A stretch of DNA of 64,000 nt from Parasitella parasitica NRRL 2501 (taxonomy: Eukaryota; Fungi; Mucoromycota). The translations under genes were made by a program, and so were the position numbers. The notes under the pieces were generated by a model. That model was not told the DNA's origin. It made no database searches and saw nothing but the letters and a program-made list of their open reading frames with translations. The stretch is from positions 63,011 to 127,010 of the forward strand of contig MU619316.1 in NCBI GenBank assembly GCA_025201805.1, given 5' to 3'. Below, piece by piece: positions 40,182 to 54,862 of the stretch (position 1 is its first letter; every line of letters starts with the position of its first letter).

Positions 40182-43100
40182 GCATCTATTCCGATACATT
40201 TTCCTCCAACAAATGCTACACAACAGCCGCCAACTTTGCATTCTATTTATACAGAATTGCAAGACAAAAAATCGCTACGAAGCGAGTCGACGCTAGCTAA
40301 CCAGCAGCCCAAAAGCGATGATGATGTTTACAACAATTGGGATCAAGACCCGGTTTCATTCATTGAAATCCATACTATCTTTTTGAATTATCAGGCAAAG
40401 TACGGATTTCAACATGACAATACCCGCAACATGTACGACCACTTGATGACCATGCTGGATTCGCGCTCTGCTCGCATGTCAACTAAGTTAGCCTTATGGA
40501 CGCTTCATGCCGAATATATAGGCGGGGAGCACAGCAACTATAGAAAGTGGTATTTCGCCTCTCATCTCGGTCTCGATGATGGCCACACGCCAAGCAATAG
40601 CCCAACCGGCCTGCTTTTATCAGAGGCCAAACGGGAATGGAGAGAAAGAATGGAGTCGATGTCTGATCATGACCGTATAGCGCATCTAGCGCTGTATTTA
40701 CTGATCTGGGGAGAAGCTGCTACACTTCGGTACACGCCTGAATTACTTTGTTTTATATTCTACATTGCCGAAGGGTACAGGACAAGTGCAAACGAGCCTG
40801 GTTTTGTTGCGCCGCCATTCCTTGACACGGTAGTCTCGCCGCTCTATAACTTTATGCGAGATCAGACATACCAAGTGATAAAGGGGCACTATGTTCGTCG
40901 CGAAAAAGACCACTGTCAGATCATAGGCTATGATGATATCAATCAGCTGTTCTGGGATAGAGGCGCTATTGCGAATTTACGTCTGCTGGGCGGTGGAGGC
41001 TACTTGAAAGACATTCCAAAGGAAAGGCGCTTTCTTTCACTCGGCAAAGTCGATTGGAACAGTGCCTTCCGGAAGACATTTTACGAGACTCGATCCTGGT
41101 TCCATCTACTTTTGAATTTCTCACGCGTGTGGATTATACACGCTGCATCATTCTGGTATTACATGGCTGCCAGCGTGGACTTTATCTATTTGGACAAAAA
41201 GAAGCAAAATGGGAGCAAAGACGCTGCCACCATTGACCTGCCTGTCAAGTTATCTGTGGTTGGCCTGGGAGGACTTGTTGCCGTGCTGCTCATGACCGCT
41301 GCAACTATTGCTGAATACAACTACCTGAAATTGTCCATCAAAACAGCAAGTATTCTGACGACAAGACTGTCCGTTCTGGCTTTCCTGGCTTGTTGCCATG
41401 TCGCGTGCTCTGTCTATATACTGAAGTTTGATCAAACCAGCAAGTTGGCATTGATTTTATCTTCGTGCCAGCTTGGCGTAGGTGCTCTTGTGTCTATTCT
41501 CTTGGCGATTGTTCCTTCTGCCAACCTATTCCACCGTCAAAAGTCAAGCCGCTCTCTTTGCTGCAAGGCATTTACAGCCAATTTTGCTGCCATGGTGGAT
41601 GACGATAGATTTTTGTCCATCTTGCTGTGGATCTGCGTGTTTAGTTGCAAATTCTTGGAGACGTACTTTTTTTTGGCGCTATCATTCCGCGACGCTCTTT
41701 CCGTAACAACGCTGATGCAGCTCAACAACTGCAGTGCTGATCCTTTGCTGGGCCACTGGCTCTGTTCGGTTATGCCTGTACTGACGACGGTCCTCATGTT
41801 CTCGGTAGAGCTGGTCCTATTCTTTCTGGATACATACCTCTGGTACGTCATCTGGAGTACTATCTTCTCGGTGTCTCAGTCTATGCGACTTGGCATCTCT
41901 ATCATGACATCGTGGAGACAGCTGTTCATGAAGCTGCCACACCAGATGTTTTCCAAAATAACGGCCACCAAGGATTTCATCTCAGTGCACATGCGTCGTA
42001 TGGCATGTTCTCAGATGTGGAATGCAATTATCATTAGCATGTACAGAGACCACTTGCTATCAGTAAACCACCTGCAGTCGTTGCTCTACCAGGTTCGTCT
42101 GGATCAGGACGAGCACGGCATCACCAAACGAGAGCTTCATGCGCCACCCATTTTTGACCCTGCATTATCACTTGATATGGAGGATTACTTTCCAAAGCAA
42201 TCAGAAGCCGAAAGGAGATTATCGTTCTTTGCTCAAAGCTTGTCTACACAGTTTCCGCTGCCATGCTCTGTCCAAACCATGCCCATTTTCACAGTATTTA
42301 CTCCACATTACGCTGAAAAAATGCTGCTGTCGTTGAGGGAAATCATTCGCGAGGAAGATTCAACAACGCGGGTTACTCTGCTCGAGTACCTGAAGCGTTT
42401 GCACCCAAGTGAGTGGAACAACTTTGTCAAGGACACTATGTTTATTGCAGACGAAAATCAAATGCCATCCAAACCTTCTGAAAAGGATGATTTGCCATTC
42501 TATTGCATCGGATTCAAGTCCTCAGCCCCTGAATATACTCTGCGTACTCGTGTTTGGGCCTCGTTGCGTGCTCAGACTTTGTACCGTACCATAAATGGAT
42601 TTATGAATTATGCTCGTGCATTAAAGATATTGCACCGTATTGAGAATCCTGACCTGAATGATCCCTCGTTAAACAGCGGCAAGGATGATGACGATGTGTC
42701 AACTTTGCATCAAGGGGAAGACGAGGAAAACCACAAGAGAGAGACTGAAAGCCTGCTGGATACGATTGCAAATCAAAAGTTCCGTTTCTTGGTGGCCATG
42801 CAAAGATATGCCAAGTTCAACCAAGAGGAAGCTGCCAATTGCGAATTTCTGTTGACAGAGTACCCTCATTTGCAAGTTGCTTACATTGACGAAGAGTTGG
42901 ATCCAGACACGCAGCAGATCACTTACTACTCGGTGCTTATTGATGGCCATTGCGATGTATTGCCAAACAACAAGCGTGTGCCCAAGTATCGCATCAAACT
43001 ACCCGGAAATCCAATCTTGGGTGACGGAAAATCAGACAACCAGAATCATGCTCTTATTTTTTATAGGGGCGAGTATCTACAGCTTGTGGATGCTAATCAA

Positions 43101-45363
43101 GACAACTATCTTGAGGAATGCTTGAAGATCCGTAGCATTTTTGGTGAATTTGAACAGCAAGGCCAGGATCTGTCGCTAGAGCAAGTGTATGCGCTTTCTT
43201 CGACAGACAAAGCAGACAAAAAGGCCAAGAAAGCTACAAACCCAGAAGCTCCTATTGCCATCGTTGGCGCTCGCGAATACATTTTCTCAGAGAACGTCGG
43301 TATGCTTGGCGATGTAGCTGCTGGCAAAGAGCAGACATTCGGCACTTTGACCCAGCGGATCATGGCCAAGATCGGTGGACGTCTGCATTACGGTCATCCT
43401 GATTTCTTGAATGCTGTATTTATGACTACAAGAGGCGGTGTCTCCAAGGCGCAGCGTGGTTTGCATCTGAACGAGGATATTTATGCCGGTATGAATGCTT
43501 TGCTTCGTGGCGGTCGCATCAAGCATACAGAGTATCTGCAATGTGGTAAAGGAAGAGACCTTGGCTTCTGTTCAATTCTCAATTTTACTACTAAAATTGG
43601 CACTGGTATGGGCGAACAGCTGCTGTCTCGAGAATACTATTATTTGGGCACTCAACTCCCATTGGATCGATTCTTAACATTCTACTATGCCCATCCGGGA
43701 TTTCACATGAACAACATCATGATTATCTTTGCCGTCCAAGTATTTCTGTTCTGCATGACGTTGGTGGGCACAATGGCTGCAGGACTCCCGCATTGCATGG
43801 GTAGCAACTGCTTTGATGTAAGACCTGTGTATGACTGGTTGCAGCGTTGCATATTATCTATCTTTATGGTGTTCTTTATCGCATTTTTGCCACTGTTTTT
43901 GCAAGAACTGACGGAAAAGGGGACAGGTCGATCGGTCTGGCGTTTGGTAAAGCAGTTTTTGTCTTTGTCTCCCTTGTTTGAAGTGTTTGTTACTCAAATC
44001 TATGCCAACGCCGTCTTGTCTAATCTGAGCTTTGGCGGTGCAAGATACATTGCCACTGGAAGAGGGTTTGCTACGTCCAGACTTCCGTTTTCTGTCCTCT
44101 ATTCTCGGTTTGCACATCCTAGCATCTACTTTGGGGCACGTACCATGTTTATGCTCTTTTTTGTTTCACTGGCGCTGTGGATCCCTCATCTAATCTACTT
44201 TTGGGCTACTGTTGCCTCTCTTTTAGTGTCTCCCTTTGTATTCAACCCTCACCAGTTTGTCCTTATGGAATTCATCAATGATTACCGAGAGTTTTTAGGC
44301 TGGTTGTCTCGCGGTAATTCTTCAAGGCCTTATGACCATTCTTGGATCTCATTCTGCCGTCAAATCCGCACCCAAGTTACAGGAAACAAAAAGAAGGCGA
44401 GGGAAAACTCCACCATGTCTGGTAACAAACCTATCGTAGCTGTTCCTCGCGCTCATTTATCAAGCATCTTTTTTGCTGAAATCATGATGCCTTTAATCCA
44501 AAGCGTGTTGTGTGTTGCATGCTATACTTTTTACAAGAGTCGCGAGCAAGTCGATACCTATGGTGCTCTCAAAAATCCCGTCAACACACAGCTGGGTCCA
44601 TTGGGCGCTTCAGGCCGCATCTTGTTTATCTCAGTGTCGCCTATTGTCTTTAATGCCATCATGCTGATATTTGTCCAGTTTTGGTCTCTTATTGGATGCC
44701 GCCTCAAAAGAACAGGATTTTACATGTCCATGCTGGCTCATACTTTTGCGCTTTTAGGATTCATTTTTTTCTATGAGGTTCTATGGACTTTGGAAAGATT
44801 TCAAGTGAGATCTACGTTGCTTGGGCTACTCTCAGTATTTGCAGTACAACGATTCATCTTCAAGTCTTTTGTAGCCGTTTTTTTGACCCGAGAGCTTCAT
44901 CACGATGCAACAAACCGAGCATGGTGGTCTGGTAGATGGAGTGGAAGCCAAGTAAGCAGTGTATATATACCCATTACATGACCATAATCTAACATGTTGC
45001 GCTATACATAATTAGGTTGGAAATCTGGCTGCTAGGGAATACATTTGTAAAATTGTCGAAATGTCGGTATTTACTACAGATTTTATCTTGGGACACTTGA
45101 TTCTGTTTGGCCTATTCCCATTCACACTGATACCTTCCATCGATCGGATTCATTCTTTGATTCTGTTCTGGCTGAGGCCTTCAAACCAAATCCGACCTTC
45201 TGTGTTGCCTACAAAAGAAAGAAAAAGACGAACACGAATCGCCCTCATCTATGGTCCGTTATTTGTCCTTGTTTTATTATGTTTTGCCGCCCTTATTATT
45301 TTACCTCCAAAATTATCTCCCAAGTTACCGTTAGCATATCAAATGATTGTCAAATATTTTTAA
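39967..45363 (+). CDS. FKS1: 1,3-beta-glucan synthase catalytic subunit (GT48)
   Basis: LIWGEA, IGYDDINQLFW, EAERRLSFFAQSL, PILGDGKSDNQNH, DANQDNYLEE, HYGHPD, LHLNEDIYAG, QCGKGRD. Rebuilt exons 39967-39986, 40033-40067, 40183-44951, 45016-45363; the first two are less certain. Confidence 0.96.
40104..40179. repeat. poly(A)76 tract inside predicted FKS1 intron 2
   Basis: Lies between GT at 40068 and AG at 40181-82; explains the spurious poly-Lys in the ORF track. Confidence 0.85.
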
Positions 45364-46779
45364 AATTAAAGAACTATACTTTATTGTAGCCATTCAAAGT
45401 AGGACGCTGGTATGATTATTCGCTTGTATTAGAATCATGTTCAAAAATAATTTTTCAGCTTGAATTCAAGCAAATCTCGCCATCCACTACTGGTATATAG
45501 AGCCACCGATGAAATTGTATAGACTAGCTTGATACACACACCTTGAGAAAATTATGACAATACCGAGACAGATCGAGTTCCTGAAGTCGAAGTTTTCAGG
45601 ATTTAAACAAACCGATTATGATGGTAATAGGTACAGTATATCACTATTCAAAGGAAGATCTTCCAATAGCGGCGCCCTCTTTAAATATACTTTAGCAGGG
45701 AAGGCCGTTGTTTCTATCTAATAGCAGATTGTGTTTCTTTAGGCTCACTGAAAAAGTTTATGTGCAAGCCAGGTAAAAAGCGTGAATTCTTATATCGCAA
45801 ATTTTGAGATGCACAAGCTGTAACAGTACTCTGCTTATTGATCATGGCATTACGATTTGTCTGTATGCCTTTCATTTGCATTCTTCGTGATAATGATAGC
45901 TTTGAATCAGAACAACAATAACAAATAATGGCTATCCTCAGCAGTTATGGCTATCCCGTTTGAATAAACAAAGATACGCAAAGCAAGATAATACAGGATT
46001 GTGTCATCCGTTGGATGCAACATTCGTACATTTATATGAGCAACTAAAGCAACGATTGACGACCTAACGAACAGCTGCTATTCTAGAGACTTGAGAAGGA
46101 TTTTGACTTGGGAACCTACTTTATAGTTTCTCAGTATTTTGCGGATTGAATTTATAAAAATTTCATCTAGGGGTAACTTGGGGATTCCTATTAATGTGTA
46201 GTTGCAGGTATACATGGTTTAGACATCATCACCGTCAATGATTCCTTTTACGTTATCAACCAATGACAAGGAATCAATTACAAACAAACGGGTGTTTCAA
46301 GGTGCGCAAACCACCATCAAAACTGCATTTTGGCTGCCCCTCTCTTTTCCAGCCCTTTATTTAACTTCTACCTCTTGCTTTCCTTCTTTATTTTATTTTT
46401 TTGACAACGAACACAGAGAAAGAGAAGGTCCATCTAGGTTTACAGTAGGTAAATACAGTCAAAGAGCACTTGAAGGATCTGAACATTTAGCCGGGTTTAT
46501 CTTTTTCTTGTTGTGTTAGTTTTGTTATTCCCGTCTAGCATCTGAAACGTTTTGGTGAAAAAAACTCGTACTGCAGACGATTTGAAACTGGAGCAGTTGA
46601 CAAAAGCAAACAGAAGGGCCTAGAAACGCAAAATAAATCACACACATATATATATTGTAAAGCGTTGTTTTTTAGCAACCAACCACCAGTGGAAGCATCA
46701 CCAAAAACAACATAAAAATCGAAATTTCAACAGCAGCAATAAATAAAGCAGCCTTGTCCGCATCAAACAGCCAAAAACC

Positions 46780-49700
46780 ATGAGTGGAGGTAATATTAAA
46801 GTCGTTGTGCGTTGTCGTCCTATGAACGCCCGAGGTAAAACTGCATTTTTGATTTGATCCAATTCGTTACATATCATACTGATGCACTGTACAACACTGC
46901 AGAAATTGCTCGTGGAGCAGTCGGATTGATTCGTATGGACGGTGATCAAACCATCATCAGCCGCCCTCCTGATCAAAGAACTGGCAAGGAGTCCGAAGAT
47001 GTAAAGGCTTTCACATTTGATAAATCCTATTGGTCTGCAGACAAAAACGATCCTCGTTATGCCGACCAACAAGCAGTGTATAATGACTTGGGCGAAGAAT
47101 TGCTGGATCACGCTTTTGATGGATACAATTGCTGTATTTTTGCATGTAAGCATCAACCAAGCTAGACAACACATTTTATGTGTACTTAAACCCTAGTATG
47201 CTAGATGGTCAAACCGGCGCTGGAAAATCGTATTCAATGGTAGAAAAGAAATCCACCTAAACATGGCACCCAAGGTCTAATCGTACTGATTTTTTATTTT
47301 TTTATTTTTTGTGTTTTTTCTTTAGATGGGCTATGGCGAAGATATTGGTATTATCCCTCGCACATGCGAAGAACTGTTTAAACGCATTGGTGCTAACTCA
47401 CAGCCCAATCTGACGTATCGTGTGGAAGTATCGTACATCGAAATCTACAATGAAAAAGTGCGTGATCTGTTGAATCCCAAGAATAAGGGCAATTTAAAAG
47501 TAAGAGAGCATCCTTCATTAGGGCCGTACGTTGAGGACCTATCTCGTTTGGTTGTTACATCATTTCAAGACATTGATCACCTCATGGACGAAGGAAACAA
47601 GGTAAACTGGCGCATACGCTGATGGCGATTTATTCATCCTTTTTTTTTTTTCTACATGTATACACTTAGGCGAGAACAGTCGCTGCGACAAACATGAATG
47701 AAACATCATCTCGATCGCATGCAGTATTTACAGTATTCTTGACGCAAAAAAGATTGGATGACTTGACAAAGCTGGAGACGGAAAAAGTGGCTAGAATCAG
47801 GTACACTTTTCATCAGATCAGAAAATAGCAGACTTGTATTGAAACTGTTTAGTTTGGTGGATCTAGCAGGTAGCGAACGTGCTAATAGTACTGGCGCAAC
47901 TGGTGCTAGGCTCAAAGAAGGCGCAAATATCAATCGCTCGCTTACAACTCTGGGCAAGGTCATTGCCGGTTTAGCAGAGCAATCGTCGCAAGAGGGAAAG
48001 CGGGGCAAGAAGAAGGAAGCCTTTATACCCTACAGAGATTCTGCAAGTATCATTTACAAGTGTTGTTTCACGGGACTAATAATAGTGCTATTCAGGTATT
48101 GACATGGCTTTTGAAAGACTCACTAGGCGGCAACTCTAAAACAGCCATGATTGCGGCAATTTCGCAGGCGGACTATGACGAAACTCTCAGTACCTTGAGA
48201 TATGCAGATCAAGCAAAGCGCATCAAGAATAAGGCTATTGTGAACGAAGATCCCAACGCTAAACTCATTCGAGACCTTAAGGATGAACTTGATCAGCTTC
48301 GTGATAGACTGCGTACCTATGCACCAGAAGAAGTCGAACAATTGACGGCGACCAGCGCTTATAAAAGCACAAATGCAAGTACGAGTGCGTCTCGCATGCC
48401 TTCAGCAGCAGCAGCAGCAGCAGCAGCAGCAAAGACTGGCATGGCGTCTGATCAGAAAACAGTGTCTGAATTTGAAATCATGGATAGCTCCGGCAAGAAG
48501 AAAAAGATGACAAAGGAAGAGATCATAGAGCAACTGCAGAGCTCTGAAAAACTGCTGGCAAATCTGAATGAAAGCTGGGAAGAGAAGCTTAAAAAGACAG
48601 AGGAGATTCACTTTGAACGCGAGAAATCCTTAAAGGAGCTGGGCATCACCATCGAAAAGAATGACATGGGTGTCTTTACTCCCAAGACAATACCGTTTAT
48701 CGTCAATTTGAACGAGGACCCGCTCATGTCTGAATGCTTGATGTATCAAATCAAGCCTGGGACTACCCGACTAGGAAGACAAGAAAGCAAAGTTCAAGCT
48801 GATATTCGGCTCAGCGGCTCCAACATCCAAGACAACCATTGCTCATTTGAAAACAAGAACGGCGTTGTGACACTCCATCCAGGAACAGATTCGTTGACTA
48901 TGGTGAATGGAATGCGCATCATAGAGCCGCGGCAGTTGAAGAGTGGCTATCGAATCATCCTCGGGTACTATCACATCTTTCGCTTCAATAACCCTGAAGA
49001 AGTGCGAAAAGAACGCGATCTGCAAAAAGTAGCCATTGGCAATAGCATGAGTGGCGCGACCACGCCTGCCTTGATGGATGACAGCTCACGGCCTGACTCG
49101 CCCTTATCCGATGTTTCTGAGGTGATTGACTGGAACTATGCCCGACGAGAAGCCGCGCTGAACTACTATGGATCAGAAGAATTTGAAGGATTGAAAGACG
49201 AAGAACTGGATGATCTCTACGACCACCTCTCAAAAGTCAGAAACTCGCGAAGGACGCGGTCTGAAAGCAGGGCTGAAAACGAAGACGATAATGTGTCGTC
49301 TACGACAAGAGATTCGTTCAGGAACTCTTCTGCTACAATGCTGGGAACTGATGGCGCCGAGAGCGTTTGCACTGATTTATCCATTGCTCACTCGGACTTG
49401 CTCGAAGAAAAACTTAAGCAAGAAAAGGATCGCATGCGGAAGGAGTTGGACAACCAGAAACGGATATTCGAAGCCAAGATTCATCGCATGTCGCGGCAGT
49501 ACTCGCAGCAGCAGATGGAAGCAGTAGCCAACACCCCCATCTACACGCAAGAGCAGGTTGCAATGATTCAAAAGATACTCTCGAAATGGAGACAACTCAG
49601 GACCGTGGATATGGCAGAAGTTGTGCTTACCAACGCAGTCATGCTGAAAGAAGCCAACATCATATCACGAGAACTCGGCAAGCAAGTGCTCTATCAGTTT

Positions 49701-52263
49701 ACAGTGATTGAGGATGAGCCGTTCTCCAACTCGTTGTCTTTTTGGGAGCCTACGTCTGCACTACATCAATTTGAAGCAGACGAGGATACGATGCTCATGT
49801 CTACACCGAAGCCCTGTGTGGGTGTTCGTGTCATTGACAAGAAGAACCAAGTTATCTACGTCTGGTCTCTGGAAAAGCTCAAACAACGGCTCTACAAGAT
49901 GCGAAACTTGTACAACTTTATGGACAAGCCATTATATAGAAAGCATTTCAACTGGGAGGACCCTTTCTTTGAAAACCCATGTCCCAAGTATACGTTTATT
50001 GGCGCTGCTTCGATAGCACTGCGGAGTTTGATATCACAGCAGCCATACCAGAGTGCTGCTGAAATTATATGCCATAGTACCGGCCAAATAAGGGGTAAAC
50101 TGACTGTATTGGTCTCGCCCATTGCTCGGTCTGCGGCGAATGTGAATGACAGTATCAAACTATCACTAGCTGGCCATCATCAACCTACGTTTCCCGAGAA
50201 TGACGACGACGACGACGAGCATGACGAGCACGACGAGCACAACGACAAAGACAGTGATAAACATGACCAAACAGCGCTACAATGTGGCGAAAATCTGCTG
50301 TTCGAGATACAATTGATAGAGTTTAGTGGTATCAGTGAATCCGAGTTTACAGATGTCCATATCCAGTTCAAATTATCGTCTTTTGGTGGCATTTCGTCTC
50401 ACTCACCAGCAGAAAAAATATATGCGACCAAGCCAGCCAACTATTTCGAGAACAATCCGGTTAAAATAGGCTTCAAGCAAACCTTGTCATTGACCGTAAC
50501 TCCAAAAGTGCTGGATATTTTGAAGACTGGGTTCGTCCCATTCGAGGCATTTGGCCAAGCCCAACCACGAGTGCTTTTGCAGCAAGAAAAATGGGATGAT
50601 CAGCGAGAACGACCTCGTCTAGTGGATTTATTCGCAGCACAGCAGCAAAAGCCACAGACAAGCTTCGCAGCAAACGACCGCACATCTGTAAAGTCTTCAT
50701 CAGCCAGCAGCAGCGGCGAGTCGACCGTCGCTTCTCTAGAGCGCAGATCAGAAGAAGAGCTGTTGACAGCAGAGCGCCATGACATTGTAGCTTGGATAGA
50801 AGTGAGAGAATTGTCTTCGTCAGGCGAGTACACTCCTGTGCAACTTTTGTCTAAAAGCCTAATGGATAAAGGCTATTTCATGCTGAGACAAGGCCTACAA
50901 CGAAGAATTTGCTTTACACTATCTCATACATCAGGTCGCCAATTCGAATGGACAAAGATCAAAAAAGCCTCAATAGGCCACGTTCGACTGCTTGATGGAA
51001 AGGGCCGTATTTTGGAATCACCTGCACAAGAAAATATCCCTATAAAGCTTCTCAGCAAACAGCAAGTGTCGTACTACTCGGATGGTACCAGCCGCATTGT
51101 TGCACAAGGTGCCTGGGACAGCTCACAGCACGAATGCATCTTTTTGAACCGACTCACCGATCCAAATAGCCGTGTCACCCTCAATTTACGATGGGAAGTG
51201 GAAGCTGAAAAATGCGAGAAACCAGTTCAGTTCAACATGGACATTGCATTGCAAATTCAAGGCAGGGATAGATCCCCTGGAGGAAGCAAATTCAGTAGCT
51301 TCAGAAAACTACTGTATTCAAGTGGCAGGCAGCTGAGCAAATTCAGCGGCGTGTTTTTGGTCCATCTAAAGCCCCCAATGACAAGAAGATTGAGTCAGCT
51401 ATGGCGGCTCAACACTGCATCTAAATACGTTCATGGCGAAGAATTTTTGGGCTCTTGGAGACCTCGTGGCGTCTCTTTGGTCAATGATTTTACACACATA
51501 CAAGAGTTTATCAAGCGTAAAAACCAAGTTGCATTTACAAGACAAGTGCTGGCGTTGATGGAGTCTGAGATGGGCGTGGCCGTATCTCCCAAGTCGTCGC
51601 TATCCTCATCATCAGACACTGCTGTGGCTGATTCTTTGACTGAAGACGATAAGCAGGCCTTGATAAAAAGAACCGTCAATTTATGGCAGCTCAAACTAGG
51701 CACAGATCAAGACATTGTTATTAGCCAGGATCCGCCTATTTTAATAGACGCAACCATGCCATTGGTACAAGAACCACTACCTATTTCAAAGCTGATTGCT
51801 GAAGTTGAGCTAATCTCACAATCGTAAAGTATTGGCCCAGGTTTTCATACAACTTACACTATATGCTAACAATTTACGCAGTGCCAACATTTCCAAGAAG
51901 GGCTATTTGCTGTATCAAGACGATGCTGCACAAGACTTGTGGGTGAAGCGTTGGTTTGTTATCCGCCGCCCTTATATCTATATCTACACCAACGAAACAG
52001 AATCGGACGAACAGGGCATCATTAATATAGCGTCTGTGAGAATTGATTACAATGAAGCGCTGGAGAAAATGATACAGGTATGTATGTCCAGGTAACAATT
52101 TAGCCCAGTTACTAACGAATGTCGACATTTATAGCGCACAAACGTGTTTGCCCTTTATACCAATAACAATGCCTATACCTTACAATCCGGAACTCGTCAA
52201 GATATGATTCACTGGATCCAGATCATTGACCAAAAGTACCCAACGGAGAATCTGTTGACTTGA
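46780..52263 (+). CDS. Kinesin-3 (Unc104/KIF1-like): motor, FHA, stalk, PH domain
   Basis: [60 protein letters not shown]-terminal PH (KKGYL...[12 protein letters not shown]). Confidence 0.95.
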
Positions 52264-53005
52264 AGCTTCCTTACTGTTTATGTTTATCTTAATATATATC
52301 TAATGTTATCTATCAATAAATCCACTTTTTTTTTTTTTTTTTTTTTTTTGCCATCATCAAGTAATAACGGCCATCTCATTAGACCTTACAAAAGACTCAT
52401 TTTGTGATTTTTAAAGGCAACGGCATTCAGTCTCCAAGCGTTGCTTACTACACATTAATACCGTATTGTCATGGGCATATGTCAAGTAGTTTTGGCAATT
52501 TACTCTCGATTGCAATGTTTAATTGGCTGTAGCCATGTGAGTTTTGTCAGACAACATGGATGTATAATCATCACATCATGTGACAAAATAGCTGGAAGCT
52601 GTTGTGAACATGGTGCAATATCATGACATTGGAGGAATAGGTACAATCTACCATATCTCCCTGATCTCGTCACCAAGGTCTTTATCCTCGTATAACTTTT
52701 CTTAGCTCGTAGAAAGCATATATAAACCCTCTATTTTTAATGTGTAGTACACTTGATAAATCACAACAGTCGAGTCTGCGATTTTTCTCTTTAGAGTTAC
52801 AGGACATAGTTGAAAATTAAATGGGAAAATAGATTTTTGGTAATAATAATTCGAGCCTTGACGGATGTCACCAAATACCAAAATTTAACAGTTTATACTT
52901 GAATATGTAAAGATACTTTATGTATGAAAAAATGAATATTATGTAAAATATATAGTTATGACATATGTAGATATATAGTGTATGATATGAATATATGGAA
53001 TAGAT

Positions 53006-54475
53006 TCAGGATGATTGATGGTAATACCATACTTGTGTGTTGTTGTTCGGCAGCATCCTAACGTCTGTTTAAAAGCATTTGAGTAAAATATACCTTTTTA
53101 TATATGTATACATAAAGAAACACACGCTCTACATACCTTGTTGTCCAACAGGATGGCTCATCAACATGTCATCCATATTAAAATTAAAAATGTTATCGCA
53201 GGCAGCAGAACTGATCGAAGTACAAGAGGTGGTAGAAGACAAGGCGGTTACATTTGAATTGACTGAATTCGTCGAATTGGATGGTTGCAGAACGACAGGA
53301 TATCCACCATAGTTGCTTGCTAACGAAGACGAACGTGTGGATGATAGGGGTGATTTGTCCATCATCATTTGATCCTGCTGTTGCTGTTGATGATGATTAT
53401 GAAACATTATCATCGGATGGTGCTCATTTATAGTAGCTGCATGTGGAGGGAATAGGCTTGACGTAGACGAAGTCGACATCATTGCAGCAGTCGCAGCTGC
53501 CTGTTGATGCATTTCAGCATTTTGAGCATGATCTTGCTGGTCAAATAGAGTCCAGTCCATACCATGTCCAGGTGGCAAACTGTCGTAACAGGTCAAATCA
53601 GCATTGTTGCCTAGCATCATGTCTTGAAAGTAGAATGAGGAGGGGGCTACTGCCTCAGTAAACCCTATGCTGCTGTCTGAATGGCTGATGGTTTGAGAAA
53701 CATTGGACCGATTGCCCTGTGCTTGCTTTGCCAGTTTGCTGCTTTTAGGTGTTGTGCGATTAGAGGTTGATTTTGTATTCAACTGCTTATTTTTGGCTTT
53801 TTCCTCTTTTGTTGTGCGCATAGATAAGGATGCTGCGGTATTGGCATTATTAGCTGCAGATGTGGATGGAGCATGAGCAGTATTGGCATTAGAATTAAAA
53901 GCAGCAGCAGTAGCAGCAGTAGCAGTAGCAGCAGTAGCAGCAGTAGCAGCAGCAGCAGCAGCTCGTTTGTTTCTTGAAATTCGCTGCTCGCCTCTCAATC
54001 GTAGTTGAGCCAAAATGGATCTTGAATCCTGCACCTCCATCTCTGTTTTGACCATCTTTGATTCAAGATCATCATTCGAAATTGGAGAATTAACAATTGA
54101 ATGGACCATTGAACGCTGGTTTGCAAGATCGGATTCAATGCGACGTATGCGAGCTTCCAAATGAGACAAATTGTCGATAAAAGGGTCTACGTTGGTGGGC
54201 TGTGTTGTGCGTGATCTTCTTGAACTTGGATAAGCACACAGTACACCAGTAGACATACATCTTGTACAGTTTGGATGGACACCATCACAGCGAACCTTTT
54301 TATGATGGCATCTGAAGCAGGCAATGGGGGCTCTAGGCCTCTTGTTTGAGGATTTTGTCTTTGTATTTTCGTTGACTGGTTTTTTCATAGTAGTAGCAGT
54401 AGCAGTAGCAGTAGTAGCAGTAGTGGTAGTAGTGGTAGTAGTAGTAGCAGCAGCAGTAGCAGCAGCAGTAGACAT
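53006..54475 (-). CDS. Zn(II)2Cys6 transcription factor with Ala/Thr/Gln low-complexity tracts
   Basis: ACFRCHHKKVRCDGVHPNCTRCMSTGVLCAY plus a coiled coil. The ORF end GGTATGTAG looks like a splice donor, giving a last exon DVRMLPNNNTQVWYYHQSS* ending at 53006 (alternative stop 53129). Confidence 0.88.
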
Positions 54476-54862
54476 GGATATTATGAAATTAACGATAGTG
54501 AGGGGACGTTGGTGAAAATGCAAATGGTATAAAGGAGAGAAAAGGGTAGTGAGTTCAGTTTTGACAAGCCATGTTACAGTCTTTATATATGGAATCTTTC
54601 AATGTCGATATAAAAATCATGCTGCCTTGCATCGTGCTCCTTAATAATTGATACCAAAACTAGTTGAAACAGTTGATTTTCTATTTGATGCTAACCTAAA
54701 TACAACATCAAACTGTGAATAGCAAAAAATCGATCATTTGCATGATAGCGAAAAATGCTGAATAGTAGTTCTTGATCAAAAGAAACCCTATTCTTAAAGT
54801 AAAACGTGGTAGCTAGCATATTATGAAATGATGTCAAGAAATCTAGACTTGCTTTATTGATT

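Noticed and set aside
40101-40182. Poly-lysine N-terminus of the 1626-aa ORF (and antisense poly-Phe ORF)
   Set aside because: The A-tract fits inside a GT-AG intron; a spliced model restores the frame without it.
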